From assembly GCA_043228905.1 (NCBI GenBank), contig JBHGNT010000005.1, forward strand, positions 930,001 to 994,000: 64,000 nucleotides of DNA, written 5' to 3'. Made by a program: the position numbers and the translations under genes. Below, piece after piece: positions 59,001 to 64,000 of this stretch (position 1 is its first letter; each line of letters begins with the position of its first letter). The stretch is from Azolla caroliniana. Taxonomy: Eukaryota > Plantae > Polypodiophyta. The notes beneath the pieces were generated by a model, which made no database searches, was not told the DNA's origin, and saw only the letters and a program-made list of their open reading frames with translations.

Positions 59001-61509
59001 CAATAAAAGTGACGAAGTAAGATGCACCGCCTAGAGACTGATGCGGCATTGGGCCACAGACGTCCGAATGGACTAAATCGAGAGGTCTTGTTTCTCTTGG
59101 TGCTGATGTCGGGTGTGATGTGGCTGCTTGTTTGCCATACTGACAATGCTCGCAGAATTGATGGTCCGAGAAGGAGAGTTTGGGGATGTATCCGGCTCTA
59201 GATAGGTGCGTGATGCCGGCCTTGCTGAGGTGTCCTAATCTTCGGTGCCATAGTGATGACACAGGAATGTCCACCAAAAACAGGTTACCCTCTCTGAGCG
59301 TAACATGTAACGGATACAGTGAGTGTATCTTGGGTCCTCTAGCAAGCAGGAGGTTCCCCCTGTGGAGTGTCCACCCTCCCGAAGAAAAACCGGCACGAAT
59401 GCCGTCTTCATCTAGTTGTCCGACTGAGATCAATGGCCTTGAGAGCTCGGGTACATGTCGGACATTGTGGAGTACAAGTGTAGAGCCACCTGCAAGGTTG
59501 AGCTCTACTGTGCCGATTCCGATGATGTCACAGTGTTGTGAGTTGCCGACCCGAACTGAGTCGGAGTGACGGATCGTATATTGCCGAAATTGGGACCGAT
59601 GAGGAGTCACATGAAATGACGCGCCCGAATCCAAGAGCCATGTGCTCGATTCTTCAGTCGTGAGCAGAACTTCTGAGCCGACTGGATTTTCGATTGATAG
59701 TATGTTCGGGTCGTCCGGTAGCACATCAGCTGAGAAGCTGACGTAATTGATCTCCTCATGCCGGCCGCTCTTCTTGTTGTTCTTGTTCTTGAGTGCGCGG
59801 CAGTCGGCTTTGATGTGTCCGGGTTTCTTGCAATAGTTGCAGATTCGGTTGTCCCGTGACTGGCTCCGTCTTCGCTGATTGTTCGGCGGTCGTGAGGAAT
59901 CTCTTCCTCGTATGTTCGATCGGTCTGTCGAACCTTGTACTACGTAAGCGTCGTCTGTTGAGTCTTTGGCGAAAGACTTTCTCCGAGCTGCTTCGGTCAG
60001 GATTGCGCTCGTGACTTCGGAGTATTTAACAGCCGTGGTTGACGCGTTGCACACGGTTGTGACGAAAGTTTCCCATGATGAGGGAAGGCTGCTCATGAGT
60101 ATCATTGCTCTGAGTTCATCCTCGATTGCCGTTCCCTGTGACGAGATTTGGGAGCTTATGCTTTCGTACTCATTGAGGTGTGCTTGAACCGAATCGGATT
60201 CTTTCATCCGCAAGTTGTAGAGGCGCCGGATCAGAAACATCTTCGTTGCGGCGACCTTCTTTTCGTAAGTGTCCGACAGTGTTTTCCACAGTTCGAATGC
60301 TGTCGTACACGATTGCACCGTGAAGTATACCGATTCCGATAGGTGCATCCGAATCGTGGCGCGGACGATTCTGTCCAGCTTCTGCCACTCAATTGGTTTG
60401 TATCCTTCTGGAGGTTCTTCATTTTCGATGGGATCGATTTGCCCCTTGACTATGAGATAGTCCTGCATTTGTTCCTTCCAGAAGTTGAAGTTCGATCCAT
60501 CGAACTTGCGTAGACTCATTTCTGACGAGCCGGATGTTGATGCCATCAAATTCGGTTTCGGTTGACTAAGCTCGGTTCGAAGTTGACTACGAACCTTGTT
60601 GGAGTGCAGCCGGTTGGCTCACCCGATATCGTTCTAGTCGGATTTGAATCCGAGTCGGTTCGGCTTCTTGTTGAACTTGCTCAAATTGACTCCGGTAGCT
60701 GGAGGGACAGAACCGACTGGTCTTCCCGAATGTTACCGAGTCGGAGTGAGTCCGGTTCGCTTCGGATATATATGCCGAATACCGATTATTAAAACCGATT
60801 ATCTGGACCGATTCTGCTTCGGGTGGCTGCAGCGACGAGAGGGATGGATCCAACTGATCTTTTCGAATGTCGATCAGCCAGAAGAAGCACGAATTTGGGG
60901 TTGTTGTCTTAAGACCGATCTGCACCGAGTGGTTACAACGAGCGGCGATTGATGACCTCTTCGGATGCCGTTTAACCGAGTGGAGCACGATCGTGTCAAT
61001 GTTTCACAAGGGGAATTTCACCTCAAGCGGTTACGATCTCGGAGGACAGAGTACAACCTGTTGGCTTACTCCAAGCAAGAATGATCTAACGCGATGAGAT
61101 GCAAACCTGGTTTTTCTTCTTCTTCTCTCTTTCTTCGAATGACGCGAATACTGTGCAGGCCGTGATGAAGTGAAGAACCGAATGCTGTGCAGTCGGTGAT
61201 GACGGCCGAACTTCGCTCTGATACCAGATGTTGGATATGAAGGTCGTCTTTGCGGAAGATCAAGAAGCATTCGTTTCTTCTCTGTAACTGCGTATGACTG
61301 TTTGTAGGTCGTTGCACAGAGAGAGAGAGAGAGAGGGGCACAAAAGAGTCTTTATTTCATAAACAAGAATACAACAAGCCAACCTCACAAAGAGGTTACA
61401 AGGTCACTATATATAGTGACCGACTTAGGGCAACTACCCTTTATGCTAATTACATAAATGGCCAAAACGGGATGGTGTGAATACGTCCATTATACACATG
61501 TATTCGACA
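56059..61509 (-). mobile_element. Copia G, intact; LTRs 56059-56339 and 61229-61509
   Basis: 281-bp LTRs with no difference seen; TSD GCAAC at 56054-56058 and 61510-61514; Met PBS at 61214-61226; PPT at 56340-56346. Confidence 0.97.
56533..60546 (-). CDS. gag-pol: Copia G Gag-Pol polyprotein (~1337 aa), uninterrupted
   Basis: KFDGSNFNFWK; CNYCKKPGHIKADC; WLLDSGAS; WHRRLGH...CEHC; VHSDVCGP, TDNGGEF, QNGIAER; YVDDML; YTDSD, EAEY, SDSQSA. Confidence 0.97.
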   Translation of the reverse strand: MASTSGSSEMSLRKFDGSNFNFWKEQMQDYLIVKGQIDPIENEEPPEGYKPIEWQKLDRIVRATIRMHLSESVYFTVQSCTTAFELWKTLSDTYEKKVAATKMFLIRRLYNLRMKESDSVQAHLNEYESISSQISSQGTAIEDELRAMILMSSLPSSWETFVTTVCNASTTAVKYSEVTSAILTEAARRKSFAKDSTDDAYVVQGSTDRSNIRGRDSSRPPNNQRRRSQSRDNRICNYCKKPGHIKADCRALKNKNNKKSGRHEEINYVSFSADVLPDDPNILSIENPVGSEVLLTTEESSTWLLDSGASFHVTPHRSQFRQYTIRHSDSVRVGNSQHCDIIGIGTVELNLAGGSTLVLHNVRHVPELSRPLISVGQLDEDGIRAGFSSGGWTLHRGNLLLARGPKIHSLYPLHVTLREGNLFLVDIPVSSLWHRRLGHLSKAGITHLSRAGYIPKLSFSDHQFCEHCQYGKQAATSHPTSAPRETRPLDLVHSDVCGPMPHQSLGGASYFVTFIDDSTRKVWAYPIRTKDRVFSIFSDWLAMVENQTDRKLKCLRTDNGGEFKSEEFVKFCRQRGIRRELTTPHSPEQNGIAERMNRTIQERIVSMLQHSGLSDGFWAEALLTAVHIINMSPSRPLGLQIPQELWIGSKPNYDKLRIFGCEAYALIPKDDRRKLAPRSRKCIFLGYGSDGEMGYRLWDPERRQIVRSSDVVFNESAMNPSVEKSIEVQRVTFSDVPTLQEGPALNTRSASRVAEPDTTDSDNSDSAQQNNPLSDHPTSIPDATGTIIPRRSERLSQPPERYSPGIFFTDAGEPTSYEEASTSVDSATWHLAMESEMHSIRANKTWDLVELPRNRRALPCKWVYRLKETSDSATPKYKARLVAKGFRQEYGVDFDEIFSPVVKMTTLRFLLGVVAADNLELIQLDVKTAFLHGDLEEEIYMEQPKGFVAPGQEHLVCRLRKSLYGLKQAPRQWYKKFDDFIQSIGFLKSDEDHCLFTNTAQDGSPIFLIIYVDDMLLSGRHAGELADLVRQLRLKFAMKDLGPARHILGMKISRHRDKRHLFLSQTDYIGRVLERFNMQSAKSASTPLPMNLRLSQRDCPTSGPEGEDMKSVPYAPAVGSLMYLMVATRPDISHAVGVVSRFMHNPGRSHWNAVKHVFRYLAGTKDHGILFGPNRTSGVVGYTDSDFAGCIDSRKSTTGYCFKFGNGAISWKSKLQECTATSTTEAEYVAASDAAKEALWLGRLAHTFRQVNHDSAPVVYSDSQSAVALSKNPVHHNASKHIDVRYHFVRDCVISGKIGLEKISTTDNVADGMTKCLSADRFRSLRHQMGVTTNQSG

Positions 61510-62457
61510 GCAACCCGACCCGATCTAGCCTATGCCATAGGAGTGGTCAGCCGGTACATATCAAACCCAGGATGGAAGCATTGGGAGGTTGTTAAGCACA
61601 TCTTTAGGTACCTGAGAGGGACCGAAGATACACAACTGACTTTCGGTTTGACAAACTCAGCCGAAGTCTAAGGCTACACCGACTCTTCAAGAGTATATCT
61701 TCACCTATGGTGGTGGTGCGATATCATGGAGGTCGAAACTTCAAGAGTGCACGACCTTGTCAACAACAAAGGCCGAGTACATAGCAACATCAGAGGCAAC
61801 GAAGGAAGCAATTTGGTTGCACCGATTGTCTGTCGACTTTTCAGCTACAAACTGAATCGACCGACCAACACCGACCATCTATTGCGACTAACAGAGCGCA
61901 ATACACCTCATCAACAATCCCTTTTATCACGCAAAGACGAATCATATTGAGGTGCGGTATCATCACATCCGGGAGCTCATAACCGAGAAAAAGCTTGAAG
62001 TATGGAAGATTGACACCGAGGTGAACATCGTCGATTGCCTGACAAAGCCACTCCCAGATCAATGCTTCGGAGCACTAAGGACTAGAATGGGACTATGATA
62101 AGCGACCGAGTAGAAGAAAGCCGAACGAGGAACATAAGGTAAGAGTCGACCGAATCAATCATGATAATGAGCCAGGCTAGGCTCGACACAGACCTCACCT
62201 CTGCTGACTCGGCCATATGTTGACCGACTTGTAACTTAAATTTAGATTAGTTTTGTAATCGAAGTCTACGGGGGAGATAACCCAAACACTTGTACATGCA
62301 AGAACAAGTAGTCCTTTTACGGAGGAGTTTGTTGGCATAAAAGGCCGACTCCTTTCATTTTGTATCCTAGTGTGAACTCGTCCAAAGAGTTAGGGCTTAG
62401 TATATAAGTGATAACCTAACGTTGTAAAGAAGGTCTTGATCATTCTTGTATTGTGTC

Positions 62458-62493
<36 letters not shown>

Positions 62494-64000
62494 TAATAAC
62501 AAAGCTTCCATTAAAGCTTAAACCGTGTATATCCTCTGTTTAATCTTTTGTCTCCCTTTTGCGTTGTTTGCTGAACACATATGACAGATCCTCACACATA
62601 CGTTTCCGCGCATATCTGACCTTCACTTACCGAGTAAAGCCTTACTTTGGTGAACCGGATCCACCAGCCCACGTACACCTTGATTTTTCACCTTGATCAA
62701 ACAACTCCACGCCACTTTAGTTGACGTTGTCTCATGGTCTCTACCCAACCGAAGGAACCCTCTCACCATTGCATTAATGTTTTTGATGCAAGCTTTGTCT
62801 AACATCCAACATGCCAACGAGTGCCACATGGTGGCCAGCAAAATGTGGTTTATCACAACCACTCTACCTGCAAGGGAAAGCTTACTAAGGCCCATAACCA
62901 AAGCATTTTTTTGATTTTGTCTTTCACTTGCTCAAGCTGGTGATTTTTCTGAATCTCAACTCCCACCAAAAAGCCCAAATATTTAACAGTCATTCCATTG
63001 GGGACCCATTGAAAATCAGCATTAGGGCACCAAAGCGGCCATGGGTTTGGACTTACCTAGAACCCTCTACTCTTGTTCCAATTAATATTCCCTCCTAATG
63101 CTTTACAAAATAGCTTAATCCGTCTTTCGGTTTGCTGTAAATTAACGTCATTGCCTTGCAGATAGAGCATAATGTCATTTGCATACGTTGAGTCTAACAA
63201 ATCCTTGCGCGCATGTGGGACAACTAATCCCCTTATTCCTGCATTCGGTATGTTTAAAAGAAAGAGAATGCCTCTAAAATAAATAAATAAATGTAGGGGG
63301 CCAATGGGCACCCCTACCTGACAGACCTGCATAATGGAATTGGTAGGCCCTGATGCCCTAACACCAACACCCTACTCAAGCTTCGTTTGTAAAGGTCCAA
63401 CGCAACTGATCACCATTTTGAGGGTAGTCCCAACCTCTCCATGACTTTGTTTAAAAAAGCATGAGACATGCAATATGTTGATTGGTTTTCTTTGCCAAGG
63501 CAATCACATCCCAAAAGGTCAACACATTATCAATTATACATCCATTTTCCATGAATCTTGTTTGTCCAACATTAATTAGTGCATGCAAGTGGGGTTTGAC
63601 CCTATGAAGTTCTTGCCCTTAATAATGTAGGCTTTGTCATGAACTAATGATTGGCTCGATATGTCTTATTTATATACGATTTTGGTTCCTCCAAAGGAAC
63701 TATAGAGTGAGGCAAGTATAACCAACATTAAATCTTGTTTTGGGATGTTCACTTCAATCAAGCCTTGACACATTCTTATACAATGACCCTATGGTTTTTA
63801 TGAAAATGATTGATTCTCATCCGTCCTACAAATACATCAATTGCGGTGCATCCCAATTCCTATGATTTCTAGATTTTGACGATGCATTTTATATTTAATA
63901 ATGATTACTTAGCGGAGTCGTAATGTTCCAAACAGTTACGACTACGTGAACTTCAAGACATAACTACTCTTATCACTTGACCCTCATCCTAAATCATGAT

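Larger units (their letters stand above)
51885..62625 (+). mobile_element. Copia F, decayed; 5' LTR (start clipped) 51885 to about 52128, 3' LTR 62330-62625
   Basis: Matching LTRs; Met PBS at 52131-52142; PPT GGAGGAG at 62321-62327; fragmented gag (KFDDKNFALWK), INT (VHTDICGP), RT (YKARLVAKG) and RH (about 61515-62100). Confidence 0.88.
50954..63603 (-). mobile_element. LINE copy 2, same family, split by Copia F: 3' part 50954-51885, RT part 62626-63603
   Basis: Collinear with copy 1 (about 44438-45240 and 46240-47255); about 1 kb missing at the Copia junction; internal ~150-bp duplication at 51263-51567. Confidence 0.85.

Overview
Plant-type heterochromatic DNA made almost entirely of nested retroelements; I can support no host gene, RNA gene or CRISPR array. 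The Trp-primed Gypsy family and Tcn1-like chromovirus suggest a non-seed plant (inference). LTR ends, PBS/PPT and target-site duplications (TSDs) resolve the nesting. (1) 1-16058: a tRNA-Trp-primed Gypsy whose 5' LTR is split by Copia A (778-15689, TSD AGATG). Copia A holds a Copia remnant, two more Trp-family copies and a very young 10.1-kb non-chromovirus Gypsy (5364-15496, TSD CATTC). That Gypsy carries an intact ~970-aa accessory coiled-coil ORF with its own apparent promoter and has no normal terminal PPT. (2) 16230-24757: a second Trp-family Gypsy with nested Copia C, then Tcn1-like fragments. (3) 28461-42015: a solo LTR, then decayed Copia D holding a young chromovirus and another solo LTR. 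(4) 44434-63603: two LINE copies, the second split by decayed Copia F, which holds an intact Copia with identical LTRs (56059-61509). The best leads are the accessory-gene cassette and PPT-less 3' end of the young Gypsy, and the Trp family's 4-bp ACG(T/G) target sites and conserved U5 structure. All coordinates and LTR comparisons were read by eye.
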